This document shows, in pieces, positions 1 to 12,064 of a DNA stretch of 64,000 nucleotides (its first letter is position 1; each line of letters starts with the position of its first letter). Location: positions 32,001-96,000 of the forward strand of contig BK006938.2 of assembly GCA_000146045.2 (NCBI GenBank), in the 5' to 3' direction. The stretch is from TPA_inf: Saccharomyces (lineage: Eukaryota). A program made the translations under genes and the position numbers. The notes below the pieces were generated by a model. That model ran no database searches, had not been told where the DNA came from, and saw only the letters and a list, made by a program, of their open reading frames with translations.

Positions 1-295
1 TGCTTCTTTATCAACTCAAGTTTTGTAGAGGAAGACGTTGAAGATGGTGATGTGACATCTTTACTATTCTCCAGCACGTTTTCAGTATTTACTTAATCGT
101 ATATTAATGACGTCCCTTATCTATTAACTTTCCGGTTTTTCTTTTTTTCGGTGAATGTTCTTTCCGTTTTAGTGAATTTTTCAATTGTAATTGACGCAAT
201 CGGTTTATAACAAGCAGACATAAATATCAAGCTCGAGCCAAATCACAAAAAAAGCCTTATAGCTTGCCCTGACAAAGAATATACAACTCGGGAAA

Positions 296-1234
296 ATGAC
301 TGCTCAACAAGGTGTACCAATAAAGATAACCAATAAGGAGATTGCTCAAGAATTCTTGGACAAATATGACACGTTTCTGTTCGATTGTGATGGTGTATTA
401 TGGTTAGGTTCTCAAGCATTACCATACACCCTGGAAATTCTAAACCTTTTGAAGCAATTGGGCAAACAACTGATCTTCGTTACGAATAACTCTACCAAGT
501 CCCGTTTAGCATACACGAAAAAGTTTGCTTCGTTTGGTATTGATGTCAAAGAAGAACAGATTTTCACCTCTGGTTATGCGTCAGCTGTTTATATTCGTGA
601 CTTTCTGAAATTGCAGCCTGGCAAAGATAAGGTATGGGTATTTGGAGAAAGCGGTATTGGTGAAGAATTGAAACTAATGGGGTACGAATCTCTAGGAGGT
701 GCCGATTCCAGATTGGATACGCCGTTCGATGCAGCTAAATCACCATTTTTGGTGAACGGCCTTGATAAGGATGTTAGTTGTGTTATTGCTGGGTTAGACA
801 CGAAGGTAAATTACCACCGTTTGGCTGTTACACTGCAGTATTTGCAGAAGGATTCTGTTCACTTTGTTGGTACAAATGTTGATTCTACTTTCCCGCAAAA
901 GGGTTATACATTTCCCGGTGCAGGCTCCATGATTGAATCATTGGCATTCTCATCTAATAGGAGGCCATCGTACTGTGGTAAGCCAAATCAAAATATGCTA
1001 AACAGCATTATATCGGCATTCAACCTGGATAGATCAAAGTGCTGTATGGTTGGTGACAGATTAAACACCGATATGAAATTCGGTGTTGAAGGTGGGTTAG
1101 GTGGCACACTACTCGTTTTGAGTGGTATTGAAACCGAAGAGAGAGCCTTGAAGATTTCGCACGATTATCCAAGACCTAAATTTTACATTGATAAACTTGG
1201 TGACATCTACACCTTAACCAATAATGAGTTATAG
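296..1234 (+). CDS. PHO13: p-nitrophenyl phosphatase / HAD-superfamily sugar-phosphate phosphatase (YDL236W)
   Basis: 312-aa ORF with ATG at 296. N-terminal HAD motif FDCDGVLW. The translated sequence is recognised as S. cerevisiae Pho13. Confidence 0.95.
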
Positions 1235-1326
1235 AGGAGCAATGCAAAATCTAGGGGTAGAATTACTTTTTGAAAAGGAAAAATATTCAGGTTTGTTGTT
1301 TTTATGTAAGTTGTATGATTTGATAT

Positions 1327-1353
1327 ACATATATATATATATATAATATATAT
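1327..1353. repeat. (AT)n microsatellite in the PHO13/YPD1 convergent intergenic region
   Basis: atatatatatatatataatatatat. Confidence 0.8.
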
Positions 1354-1414
1354 TGTACATGTGTTTTTCCGGGGAAGAATGGATTATCCGGAGGTGTGAA
1401 TAAAATGATGACGA

Positions 1415-1918
1415 TTATAGGTTTGTGTTGTAATATTTAGATAACTCAATTCTCGCCAGTTTGAACTCCAACCTAGACTGGTTCAAAGCTTTTGCTATCA
1501 AGATGAGATATATGGAATTTTCGTCTTTATCGTCCACTTGTATCTTTATTTCCTCGTCATCTTCATCAATATTGATTCCATTAATAATCGATTTATCGCT
1601 CAGAGTGTTGACCAATTCGGTCTTGTTGGGGAAGAAATGTTCCATTTTTCTTCCCAAGTTTTGAATTCTTTCACAAACCCAGGCAATTCTTTGTAAGCCT
1701 AATGCAGCAGAAGAACCCTTTAAAAAATGGCCCAGATTGTCTAATTCGGTAAGATTTTTTTCACCGTCCAGCTGTCGTTGCATTTGAGCAAAAGTTGTTT
1801 GTGCCTGGTCGATAAATTGAATAATTAGACCTTTAGAAAAATCGGAATCATCGTCATCCATAGATATAATTTCATTTAAGATGGTCCAATTGATGATTTC
1901 TGAGGGAATAGTAGACAT
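1415..1918 (-). CDS. YPD1: Histidine phosphotransfer protein of the Sln1-Ypd1-Ssk1 phosphorelay (YDL235C)
   Basis: The track ORF 1415..1978 has an upstream extension. The first strong ATG gives 167 aa, starting MSTIPSEIINW with an HPt fold (GHFLKGSSAALG around His64). The length matches Ypd1. Confidence 0.9.
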   Translation of the reverse strand: MSTIPSEIINWTILNEIISMDDDDSDFSKGLIIQFIDQAQTTFAQMQRQLDGEKNLTELDNLGHFLKGSSAALGLQRIAWVCERIQNLGRKMEHFFPNKTELVNTLSDKSIINGINIDEDDEEIKIQVDDKDENSIYLILIAKALNQSRLEFKLARIELSKYYNTNL

Positions 1919-2236
1919 TATTGTGTGTATTTTCTTGTTTCCGAGAACGAGTGTTGTTATTTCTTTTGAATTTTTCAAAGAAATAAAACTATTACACGTC
2001 AGTGGTTATCAATGATCCAGAGCACAACTATCGACCAACCCAACCGGTTTAGAAATTAAAAACAATAATGTTCCTAAATATAGGTTCAATTAAATTTGAT
2101 AAAAATATTAAACTTTTTATGTAATTTTTCTTCAGTTTTTCCGTTTCGGGCGGGTTACGGATGTATTGATGATTATGTGGCATAAACGAATTATATCTCC
2201 GGTATTCAATATGTAAAGTTCCGTTTCTATTTACCA

Positions 2237-4477
2237 CTATTTAACGGAATTTTTGCTCCTTTGCCCTTCATGTCTTATGATAGGTTTTTTAGAAAGAAGC
2301 AGGGTCAACCTCTCGCTCTGACAAGGCAATACGCCGGTAGAGGATGAGGATGAAGAGGAGGATACGTTTTGTAAATCTCTTTCCATGACGTGCATCATTT
2401 TCTCAAACTTCTTGAACAAAAGCTCTGCTCTAACCATTAGGTCATTCCAATCCAACTTCCCGTTAAGTTCATTAAAAAATTTTAATATTTGGTCGAACTG
2501 ATTTAGATGTTGTAAAATAGCTTGTGAGTTTTTCTGTAGAATGGCCAACATGAAGAATAATTGGAATTGTGAACTGTAGTAGAAAGTCCAGAAATTCTCC
2601 CAAATGTGCATAATATCTTCCATTTCAAATTCTCTCTTGAACCATACTAGAAGCATTCGAAAGCAAAAGAACAAGTTTCCTGAATCACACTTGTTTAAAT
2701 GTTCGCTCAATTCGGGTAGCATTAATTGTACCAATTCCACGAGAGTTAACATTTGTTCATGGATGCCACTCTGGTCTCTTAGAAAATTTCTTTCCATAAT
2801 GTCCATGAAGTGCGTAAAACACCAAAACGTTTTCCATTCTTCCTTCATGATGACATAAATAGGCGATAAAAGATCGGTCATCCCCTGCACGTAGCCTAAG
2901 TTTGTGTTGTAGACATTATAAGTGATAAGAATGTTTTGTAAATGTATCAAATGTGGGTTCCTGACTCCATCGTCTGCATCATCGCTCTCGTCATTAGCGG
3001 ATTCGGGGCTGGTACTGTTATTTTCATTTGCTGGGAGTTGTTGTGGCGGTGGTGGTAATCCATCGATGGTATTGTATTGAAATATCTCCAAGTTTCTATC
3101 ACAGCGTCTCACATCTTTAGATATTCTGAATAATTGATCGTTCCAATATTCCTCTTCATCTTCATCGTCAAATTGTAAAAAATCTTTTGACCAGGTTAGT
3201 TTCAATTGATCGTATTCCGCGGCTAAAGTTTGATCGATTTGTACCCTCTCGTCTTGAGAAGAATCCCACGGATATATTTCTAAGAGAAAACCCCAAACTT
3301 TCCCTCGCAAACTGTCATTTTCTAACCCACCATGAAATATGAAATCCTTAACTTCGTTTACCGTGACCCTCAGCCTCCCATCGTTCTCATCCCATAGCGA
3401 ATTCCATTTCGCTTCCGTTAAAGGAAATTGTCTTTGCAGAGCATTATTTATTTCAGTATCACTTAATTCATCAGTTAGATTCAGGTCGTTGAAAATGTTA
3501 TTCCTATACGAATCAAAGAGTTTGTTCTGCTTTTGATACCTCTCAGCTTCCTGTTTTACTCCTAATGACCAGTTTGCCAAATACACTCTTGCAGAGTCAT
3601 AATCCTGTTCAATTTGTTTAACCTTCTCATTGTTCAGAAGCTTTTGCAAGTATTCATTGTCGATTTGTGATTTTTGTATGGGTGAGTTGTTAGTCAGCCA
3701 ACTATCGATAAAATTGGTAGACTTGGTAGTCACGTCTGCTATCTTGCTCATTACGTTCCATTTCCATTCTTGGAATTTCTCGTTTAGTTTCACACCGGCG
3801 GTAGCGAGTTCAGTTGTATCTTTCTTCGAATTGTTATAACTTTCCAATAGATCCTTGGAAACGAAATTTCTCAAATCATTCAAAGAGGGATTTACTAACC
3901 AAAACTCTGGCTCTAAGTTTGATTTCTTGAGTTCCATCAGTTCGTTGATTTTGTTTCTCAAATCTACGCCACCCCAATACAATTCGTCCGAGTCATCAAA
4001 TGGGTTCATGGATTTGCGTAGTCTTTTTAACTTGTCCGTAGTTGATGGGCAGAGTTGGTCATGAAAGAACAAGACAGGAGGTTGAAAGCCCGTAAACTGT
4101 TCTGTCAAGGGATATATTACCAGAGATCCGACATACCAACCATTTGGACTAGGAGGCCTAAATTGGATGCAGTATATTTGTGAGAGAGAAATTTCGAAAG
4201 CTTGACCTAAAGAAGTATTGACCAGGTTACTAAAGTTTATTGAATTTTCAATAACAAATGGTGTAGAAGTTGGACATGTGCCCACTTTAGCTTCATGTTT
4301 TAGTAGTTTTGATATCTCTAATGTGGATAAGCCAGATTCTGGGATATATTGGAGAATTGCTTGGTGGGATAGCTTATTCGCTTCCAATGTGAGTAGCAGG
4401 AAACCAGCAATATTATCTCTAGCATCGCTTGTTGGGTGTAAGAACACTTTAGATTTGCAGAATAGTATCTTACTCAT
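2237..4477 (-). CDS. GYP7: TBC-domain GTPase-activating protein for Ypt7 (YDL234C)
   Basis: 746-aa ORF with ATG confirmed at 4477 (catcag on the top strand). The C-terminal TBC/RabGAP domain shows the IxxDxxR and YxQ-type motifs. Recognised as Gyp7. Confidence 0.93.
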   Translation of the reverse strand: MSKILFCKSKVFLHPTSDARDNIAGFLLLTLEANKLSHQAILQYIPESGLSTLEISKLLKHEAKVGTCPTSTPFVIENSINFSNLVNTSLGQAFEISLSQIYCIQFRPPSPNGWYVGSLVIYPLTEQFTGFQPPVLFFHDQLCPSTTDKLKRLRKSMNPFDDSDELYWGGVDLRNKINELMELKKSNLEPEFWLVNPSLNDLRNFVSKDLLESYNNSKKDTTELATAGVKLNEKFQEWKWNVMSKIADVTTKSTNFIDSWLTNNSPIQKSQIDNEYLQKLLNNEKVKQIEQDYDSARVYLANWSLGVKQEAERYQKQNKLFDSYRNNIFNDLNLTDELSDTEINNALQRQFPLTEAKWNSLWDENDGRLRVTVNEVKDFIFHGGLENDSLRGKVWGFLLEIYPWDSSQDERVQIDQTLAAEYDQLKLTWSKDFLQFDDEDEEEYWNDQLFRISKDVRRCDRNLEIFQYNTIDGLPPPPQQLPANENNSTSPESANDESDDADDGVRNPHLIHLQNILITYNVYNTNLGYVQGMTDLLSPIYVIMKEEWKTFWCFTHFMDIMERNFLRDQSGIHEQMLTLVELVQLMLPELSEHLNKCDSGNLFFCFRMLLVWFKREFEMEDIMHIWENFWTFYYSSQFQLFFMLAILQKNSQAILQHLNQFDQILKFFNELNGKLDWNDLMVRAELLFKKFEKMMHVMERDLQNVSSSSSSSSTGVLPCQSERLTLLLSKKPIIRHEGQRSKNSVK

Positions 4478-4796
4478 CAGGGGATGTATGAATGACTCTT
4501 GTAGAACTTTGCCAATTTGTGCAACCTATATCTGAGAAACTGAATAGTATATTTGAGCACGATAAATTGATTTATATCTGACCAATTTATGGAAAGTTCT
4601 TAACTATTTCTTGCAAATGCGCCTCTCTTTATATAGAGCAGAACTTTGCCCCATATAGTATTGTTTAAGCCTCTCGGATTTCTTTTCTCATCTTGTGGGG
4701 CTTCCCGCCTGAACTAAAAATATTAACTATGGAGCAATAAAGACAACACTTGACACTGTTCATGGGGCAGAAGGAAAAGCAAAGATTATCTGCAAT

Positions 4797-6173
4797 ATGT
4801 ACCAAGGCCCACCGCAACCGCCTCCTCAAGCTGTGCCGATGCCTTACATTGTGAATAATAACACACCACCGTACCCAAATGGTAATATTAACTTTCCTCC
4901 CACCGCGCAGCAGAATATACCGCCCACGGTTTATCCACAACAAGTGCCATTTCCAGGTCAACCACAGGGGGGTCAATTTCCACAGCCTTCATCAGAACAG
5001 CAGGTGTTTAACCAGCTTCCACAAGTGACTCAAACTTTTCACAACTCTGCGCAGAATACGAATGCAACTGGGGGCCCTGGCAGCGGGTCTATGCCAATGT
5101 TTACGCCGGTAGCATCCTTTCCCCATCCCATGGCTACAGCAGCAACGGCAGCTGCTCCGTTACCACGGTCTGCATCCCAGGCATCTTTATCTATGTTACG
5201 GGTGCCGTATCATGTAAGAAAATACTTATCTAATTTGGCGATGTTGAAATTGTACGAAATAATAAATGAGGTGAATACGGCAATGGGTAAGATTGGCCTG
5301 CTTTCATTCTGGACAGAATTAATATCAGATATTTTTACACCTGATGCAGTTATAAGGTATAGTAAAAAGTCTATGACAGATTATAGAGAATTCGAATTTA
5401 TCATCCCAGTGTTCCCAGTTATTTGCTCTACATTAGGCAGATTTGGCATCGTTAGAATGGAAGTTAAGGTTTTACAATTGAAAACACAAGTTCTAAGTAA
5501 TTCTACGATTTTTTTCAACTGTCCTCGTGTCACATTTGTCTATTATTATCCTGATGGTTCATATATTACACATTTTTCCCAAATGAAAGGTGCTTTCGAT
5601 TTGGACTTGAAAATTAATTGGCTGGACGTATCTATGCATAGTTTTGTCCCTGATATTGAATGGAATGCAGTGGAACGGCTTTTGAGTGATGACACAAAGT
5701 CTACAGAAATTGAACAAATATTCCGTAAATTGAAACAAGAAGATGTCAAAGAGCAAGGGAATTCTTTTGCAGAAAATAATGCTACGAATGTTCCTCCGAA
5801 TTTTGAGGCCATCACTCAGCTGAGATCATATTTTGACGTATTCAGAAACGTCTCTGTGTTTGGCACTCAAGAAGGGTTGATGAGAGTCATGCAAATAAGT
5901 ACCGTTATGTCTACTTTGAAAAACCTTCGAAAGTTTCAAATTGAAAAGAACATTGATAGTCCCGTGACCGCCCTAAGTGCGTACATTGACGCCGACAAGA
6001 AGGACAGTGGAAGCGAGCCCTTGCACGCAAAGAGGCGACGCAACAGCGGTATCTCTCCTCGCACCACGACGTTGGGGCCAAACGGCAACTCCAATACAAG
6101 CAATGAAGAGCTTCCAACAAGTGATGTGAATGATATTAACAAAGACATGACAAAAAAGAAGATGAAGTTTTAA
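4797..6173 (+). CDS. MFG1: Regulator of filamentous growth with a Q/P/N-rich N-terminal low-complexity region (YDL233W)
   Basis: 458-aa ORF with ATG at 4797. The N-terminal ~120 aa are Pro/Gln/Asn-rich. Length and sequence match my memory of YDL233W. Confidence 0.85.
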   Translation: MYQGPPQPPPQAVPMPYIVNNNTPPYPNGNINFPPTAQQNIPPTVYPQQVPFPGQPQGGQFPQPSSEQQVFNQLPQVTQTFHNSAQNTNATGGPGSGSMPMFTPVASFPHPMATAATAAAPLPRSASQASLSMLRVPYHVRKYLSNLAMLKLYEIINEVNTAMGKIGLLSFWTELISDIFTPDAVIRYSKKSMTDYREFEFIIPVFPVICSTLGRFGIVRMEVKVLQLKTQVLSNSTIFFNCPRVTFVYYYPDGSYITHFSQMKGAFDLDLKINWLDVSMHSFVPDIEWNAVERLLSDDTKSTEIEQIFRKLKQEDVKEQGNSFAENNATNVPPNFEAITQLRSYFDVFRNVSVFGTQEGLMRVMQISTVMSTLKNLRKFQIEKNIDSPVTALSAYIDADKKDSGSEPLHAKRRRNSGISPRTTTLGPNGNSNTSNEELPTSDVNDINKDMTKKKMKF

Positions 6174-6486
6174 AGAAGGTAATTACCTAACGTCACCCAC
6201 TGAAATATTAAGAGAATTGCATGAATCTAGCAGAATGGGAATGTGACATGGTAGCAGCAACCGCAAGGTGTGGCATAGATTATAGTAGTGACAAAACTGT
6301 ACAATTACTATATAGTGAGATATAATACAATGGTTTATTCAAGATATATTAACCCCCGGGTAATGGACCAAATTTGGAAAAGTCTCGGATTCTCATAAAA
6401 GCTTAATAAATAAAGAGTATTTCGAAACAAACACGACAATTACACTTGCAAGTCAGTAGAGAAACCCAGTACAGAGCAAGCAAAAG

Positions 6487-6597
6487 ATGATCTCTGATGA
6501 ACAGCTGAACTCCTTGGCCATCACCTTCGGTATTGTGATGATGACTTTAATTGTCATTTACCATGCTGTTGACTCCACCATGTCTCCTAAGAACTAA
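6487..6597 (+). CDS. OST4: Oligosaccharyltransferase 4-kDa subunit (YDL232W)
   Basis: 36-codon ORF that is not in the supplied track because it falls below its size cutoff. It translates to MISDEQLNSLAITFGIVMMTLIVIYHAVDSTMSPKN, a single TM helix identical to yeast Ost4 as I remember it. It sits in the expected position between MFG1 and BRE4. Confidence 0.9.
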   Translation: MISDEQLNSLAITFGIVMMTLIVIYHAVDSTMSPKN

Positions 6598-6866
6598 AGT
6601 GGTTACATTTGGATAGCGAACTTCAGTTTTTATTATACGTCGCTTTGTGTTTCTGCAAAACAAAACAAAACTACAACTACAAAGTACTGCGTTGGATTTC
6701 AATCAGTGCTACATTAATTTTTCTCCCTTTTTACTTCGTTTTACGCACAAAAATATACAGATAAATACACTCGAGATAAACAAGACATCTCCTTCCGCTA
6801 TTTTTTGTATAATTTAATATCATTATTAATAAAAAGAATTCCTATACATATATTCAAAAACAAATG

Positions 6867-9800
6867 TTAAAAGTTTTCTTCGCCCAGTATATCTTTTGCA
6901 CAACTCTCTACCTGGAACAAGGCTTCAGAAATATCCGTAAAAGCTCTCGCAAATGCAATGCCGTGAACCTCTGTCCAATGCATTTTTTCACTGTCTATTT
7001 CAGAGCTGTTCGCCACTGAAGGCAAGGGTAATTGTTGCTGCCCTGAACTTGATGCCTTCTGTTGGTATATTTTCTTGAATAGGTTCTTCTCCATAGAATT
7101 GCCTCCTGAATTTAAATTCGAATGTGATTGGTCCTTCATTTCACTAAATTTCTTGATGAAGTGGTAAAGTTTTTTACGTGACATAATTGGATTTGGCAAG
7201 TATCGCGGTATCTTGTTTTTTGATCTGAAACAATTGGATAAAATGTAAAAAACGAAAATCACTGATGAGACACTATCTCTTCGTAGCGATAGTAAGGCTC
7301 TCGTGGTTTCAATATCAAAATCCTGATCCCAAATTTCAAAAAATGCACCTGAAATTCTCGCTTCAATGATCTTAGATAACAAAAATTGGCATGAATTGAT
7401 TAGACTTGCGTACTTCTCAGGATTGAAGTTGGAAATAATGATTGGCTCATGACGGGCTTTCTTCAAAAGTTCCCTGATTGCTTCAAGACTTTGAGTCAGT
7501 CTAACTTCACGAATGTGGGAAAATGCGAAAGTTAAATCAGTAGGTGCGTCGTCGGCATCCCTGTATAAATACCGGTCCGCCACGGTTTGGTAGGACTGGC
7601 CCAAGTGTGCCAGTAATGATGACATACTATCTCTTAGTTCTGTCCTAGCTCTAAAGGGCCACACTATCCAGTTGATGGGAATCGAAACCAAAATACCGAT
7701 AATAAGTGCCAAGCCTGTAACCCACGTAGATTTCCATATTCCAGCGGTGGTTAAGTTATAATGTCTATTAGGTTTGCTGTATGGTTCAAGAGCAATTATG
7801 GTAAAGCACATTAATGCAGTGAAGCTCGATTTGGTGTTTCTATAGACAAGAAAGTTGATGCTAAATGGGACCACGATCAGACCAGCAAACGTGCAAACCA
7901 CGTATGGACTACCAAAATGTCTCGATTGGTTGGCAGCCCACCCCCAAAAGATACCTACTATACCACAGATTAATCTCCTCATTACCAACGCCCAGTTACC
8001 AGAGTATCTTCTATGTGCTAATAAGTAAAACGTGAGTGGGGCCCACCAACAATGAAATTCTTGGTACCAGTGATAGGATTCAGGTAGCCAAGTTGGTAGA
8101 CACAAAAATATCATACAAAAAGTAATCTTTAGTGTCCACTTACATTCATCACCAGATAAAATTCTACTCAATTTCCATAGTTTAAATCTCCAAGGATTTT
8201 GAGTTGTATGAAAATTGAAGTCGTTGTGATCAATTGCTCTGATGGAAATAGTGTGGTTTTTGCGATTCTGTGACTTTTCGTCACCACCTTGTGAATCAAG
8301 TCTCAGCGCTTCTTCTTCGCCTTTGTTATACTTGTGTCTTGACGTGTAGGTGTTATAAACTCTTTCAAAAATTTCATCGACATCACGTTTGGCCTCAAAA
8401 TAATGAAGAACATTTCCTGCACCTTCATCGAGAACACATTGTTTGGGCAATCTTGTCAACGCACGAGACAGTGGATATGATGGCAGAGCAATTCTCCAGT
8501 GAATATTCTCACCCAAAACTTGGCAATCGTGGATAACAGTAACTAGCTGCCTTGCGGAGTTTCTCAAATATCTTAGAAAAAGGAAAATATCGACAGACTC
8601 TTCGTCATTCAACAGTTCCTGTGAAAAAAAACTAGAATTCACAAAATCCCTGTAACAAACATCTAGTTTGTAAATTTTCCTCTTTAATTTAGAATGCGAG
8701 TGACTTAATATTTTGACACACTCATCTAAGTTGTTTTTTTGATTTGGAGACTCGTATTTCTTTAGTACTCTTGATAGATTTTCCAAAACGAAGATCATTT
8801 CCAGTATTAAGTTGAAGATGCTTTTCGAGAAGGACGCCTTTAATGCATTAATGTAGATTTCATTTTTTAAAAGCCCCGGACCGATAGGCTTAAAGGCACT
8901 GGGCGTGTTTTCTCTTGTTGGAATTCCTGAAGATTGAGGGCTAGCGCTTGCTTCTTTGCTCAGGGTCGCAGAATCCGATCTATACTTCTCCAATTCTTCA
9001 TACATCTTTTTCAATTCATCATCATTAAAAATTTTGGGTGCAATGGGTAATACTCTCAGAGAAGTTTCCATGGCAGTTAAAGAATTTCTTAAACTCTTCA
9101 ACGATTGAAGGTCAAACCTGGAAATTGTCAACTGATTTACAAAATCTCTAAAACCTTGAGATAAATCAATGTTTAGTGTTTTCACCATTTTTACTTGGGC
9201 TAGGTAAATTTGTTCTTTGGACTTTATTAATTCAGTATCTACTAGTGCCATTAAAAAGGTCTTTGTGGTCTGTAGACACTTGTTATAATGTTCCATTAAC
9301 TCTGCATTGCCACTATGTGGTGATACACATACACAAACCAAGAGAGATAGCAAAAGGCCGAAGAGATATGAGATTCCAAAATCCCAAAAAATTTGCCACT
9401 TCAAATCAAACTTGGATGAGGCCAACCGAACTGTATGAGTGAATATAATCGATATCGAAAACGAAGTTGTGAAATAGAAGAACCGACGGTAAACAGACCT
9501 TAGCCAGATGGCAAATAAGAGGGCCATAGTCAGACTCTGAAATAAAATTCCTCCCTGGTAGTTTGCGGTCGGCTTTGTCGCTGTGGAAATGTACCATGCC
9601 AAAGCCGACCATCCCAGGCCAAAACTTGCGCCGATAATGGAGCTTATAGTCATTTCCAGTTGAACACCAATATTTCTGACCGGATGATGTATAAGTACTG
9701 CGATGGGTAGAAAATACCTGAACTCATGGCCAATCCACCTACCAGAAGGCCTGATAACGCAAATCACGATAGCAATGAAATAAGCAATAAAAAACTTGAA

Positions 9801-10244
9801 TATGGATACCCCATTTTTTCTAATATCTCTAGGGAAATGAATAATGGGCCTGTAGATAGCAGTCCAAACATATTCGGAAAGCTTGGTAAAACCAGATTGC
9901 AGTTTTTTCCTTGCAGCGCCATTGTCGTCATCGATGTCGCTGTTAGGAGACCTAGCTTTGCTGTCCGGCTTGGTAAAAGCAGCATCAAAAAACCCATCTC
10001 TCAGCTCTTCCAGCCCAAAGTCCTCTACTTCCTCCCAGTGTTTGTCCTTAACCAAATTTTCCAGCCGCATTTGCGATAAGGATGCCACGGATTGTTGTGG
10101 GCTTCCTGCAAAGCTAAGCCCGCTTATACCGGCAGGATTCTTATAGTTAAGTTCATGTAGTGACCTGAGTGATGTTTGAGAGTATGAACCTTTCACAATA
10201 TCAGGATCAGGAGTGGGACTTCGATCTCGCTCATATCTTTTCAT
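6867..10244 (-). CDS. BRE4: Multi-pass membrane protein, brefeldin-A sensitivity (YDL231C)
   Basis: 1125-aa ORF with ATG confirmed at 10244. Several hydrophobic segments. Recognised as Bre4. Confidence 0.9.
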
Positions 10245-10699
10245 GAGGACCTGTTACAATTCCAGCACTATACTGTACATGCTTTCCTTAGTGGAGCACA
10301 AAGCAAGTTAAAAATGAACTTTAAATTGATTAAAGTGTTAGTGACGCTTAAACTCGTTTTCCTGCGCGTATTTCACGCAATCTATACATAATCATCTTTG
10401 ATAATGTTATATCGCCTTTCATTTCCAGATTTTGTTCACTGAAAAGTCTTATCGGAAACCTAACTTTGGGCGACAGGGTTATTGTTTATAATTTGTAGGT
10501 GTTCCATTTTTTTCTTTGTACTTTTTTAGGTTAACGTAATATTTAATTAGGTCATTTTTAGGGCGTTTAGTATTAGAAAAATTCATTTGTACACACTATT
10601 AAGAGGAAGGCAAACTATATTTACATTTTATTGAGGAAAAGGGTTCATCGAGGAGTTATCAAGAAAAGCGTTTGTTAGTAGTAGTTTGCGACAGTGGAG

Positions 10700-11707
10700 A
10701 TGGCAGCTGCACCATGGTATATTAGACAGCGTGACACGGATTTATTGGGTAAATTCAAGTTCATACAGAATCAAGAAGACGGCAGATTAAGGGAAGCTAC
10801 AAACGGAACGGTGAATTCACGATGGTCGTTGGGGGTCAGCATAGAACCTCGTAACGATGCTAGAAACAGATACGTTAACATTATGCCGTATGAGAGGAAC
10901 CGCGTTCATTTGAAGACTCTATCCGGGAATGATTACATTAATGCCTCGTATGTCAAAGTGAACGTGCCAGGGCAGAGCATCGAACCGGGCTACTATATTG
11001 CTACTCAAGGTCCCACGCGTAAAACTTGGGATCAGTTTTGGCAAATGTGCTATCACAATTGTCCTTTAGACAATATTGTCATTGTGATGGTCACGCCTCT
11101 GGTAGAATACAATAGGGAGAAGTGCTACCAGTACTGGCCTCGCGGTGGTGTAGACGATACGGTTAGAATAGCATCAAAATGGGAAAGTCCGGGCGGCGCC
11201 AATGATATGACTCAATTTCCCTCTGATTTGAAAATAGAGTTTGTTAACGTACATAAGGTGAAGGACTATTATACGGTCACCGATATCAAACTCACACCCA
11301 CGGACCCTCTTGTAGGACCTGTCAAAACTGTTCACCACTTTTACTTCGACCTTTGGAAAGATATGAACAAGCCAGAGGAAGTAGTACCCATAATGGAATT
11401 ATGCGCTCACTCCCACAGCTTGAATTCCCGCGGGAACCCCATTATCGTACACTGTTCCGCAGGCGTGGGCAGAACGGGGACGTTCATTGCCCTAGATCAT
11501 CTCATGCATGATACCTTGGATTTTAAAAATATTACAGAACGGTCAAGGCATTCAGACAGGGCTACAGAGGAGTACACACGGGACTTGATCGAACAGATCG
11601 TGTTACAGTTGCGCTCGCAAAGAATGAAAATGGTTCAGACAAAGGATCAGTTCCTATTTATCTACCATGCTGCCAAGTATCTTAACAGTCTTTCCGTGAA
11701 CCAATAG
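10700..11707 (+). CDS. PTP1: Protein tyrosine phosphatase (YDL230W)
   Basis: The track ORF starts at a GTG at 10694. The first ATG, at 10700, gives 335 aa starting MAAAPWYIRQ. It carries the PTP signature VHCSAGVGRTG (CX5R) and the WPD-like loop. Confidence 0.92.
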   Translation: MAAAPWYIRQRDTDLLGKFKFIQNQEDGRLREATNGTVNSRWSLGVSIEPRNDARNRYVNIMPYERNRVHLKTLSGNDYINASYVKVNVPGQSIEPGYYIATQGPTRKTWDQFWQMCYHNCPLDNIVIVMVTPLVEYNREKCYQYWPRGGVDDTVRIASKWESPGGANDMTQFPSDLKIEFVNVHKVKDYYTVTDIKLTPTDPLVGPVKTVHHFYFDLWKDMNKPEEVVPIMELCAHSHSLNSRGNPIIVHCSAGVGRTGTFIALDHLMHDTLDFKNITERSRHSDRATEEYTRDLIEQIVLQLRSQRMKMVQTKDQFLFIYHAAKYLNSLSVNQ

Positions 11708-11856
11708 ACAGCTATATAAAAGTTCCTAATTGTGCATTTTTTCAATAACAATACTTATTCATCCTTATAATTATATTCTAGCTTCGTTGTCATGGGAACA
11801 TAGCCCATACACCGCAGTTATTTATGATCATTTCGAACGGGAAGTATGGATGAATC

Positions 11857-11911
11857 TTTTTTTTTTTTTTTTTATAGCACGCAACTGAAAAAAAAAAAAA
11901 GAAAAATTTTT
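11857..11911. promoter_or_regulatory. SSB1 promoter poly(dT)17 / poly(dA)13 tracts plus an RRPE-like AAAAATTTTT
   Basis: t17 at 11857-11873. a13 at 11888-11900. gaaaaatttttc at 11901-11912. All lie 150-210 bp upstream of the SSB1 ATG. Confidence 0.6.
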
Positions 11912-12064
11912 CATCTTCGCTCGACGTTTCTTTTGTAGTACTCATCTCTTTTTATATAAAGATTAATTAGTTATTGTCGCTTTGCTTTTCCTTCTTTAAA
12001 AAATGTTTCTTGCTTTTGGATTTTCAGATGTCCCAAGATCATTACAGTATTTTAATTGAACAAA

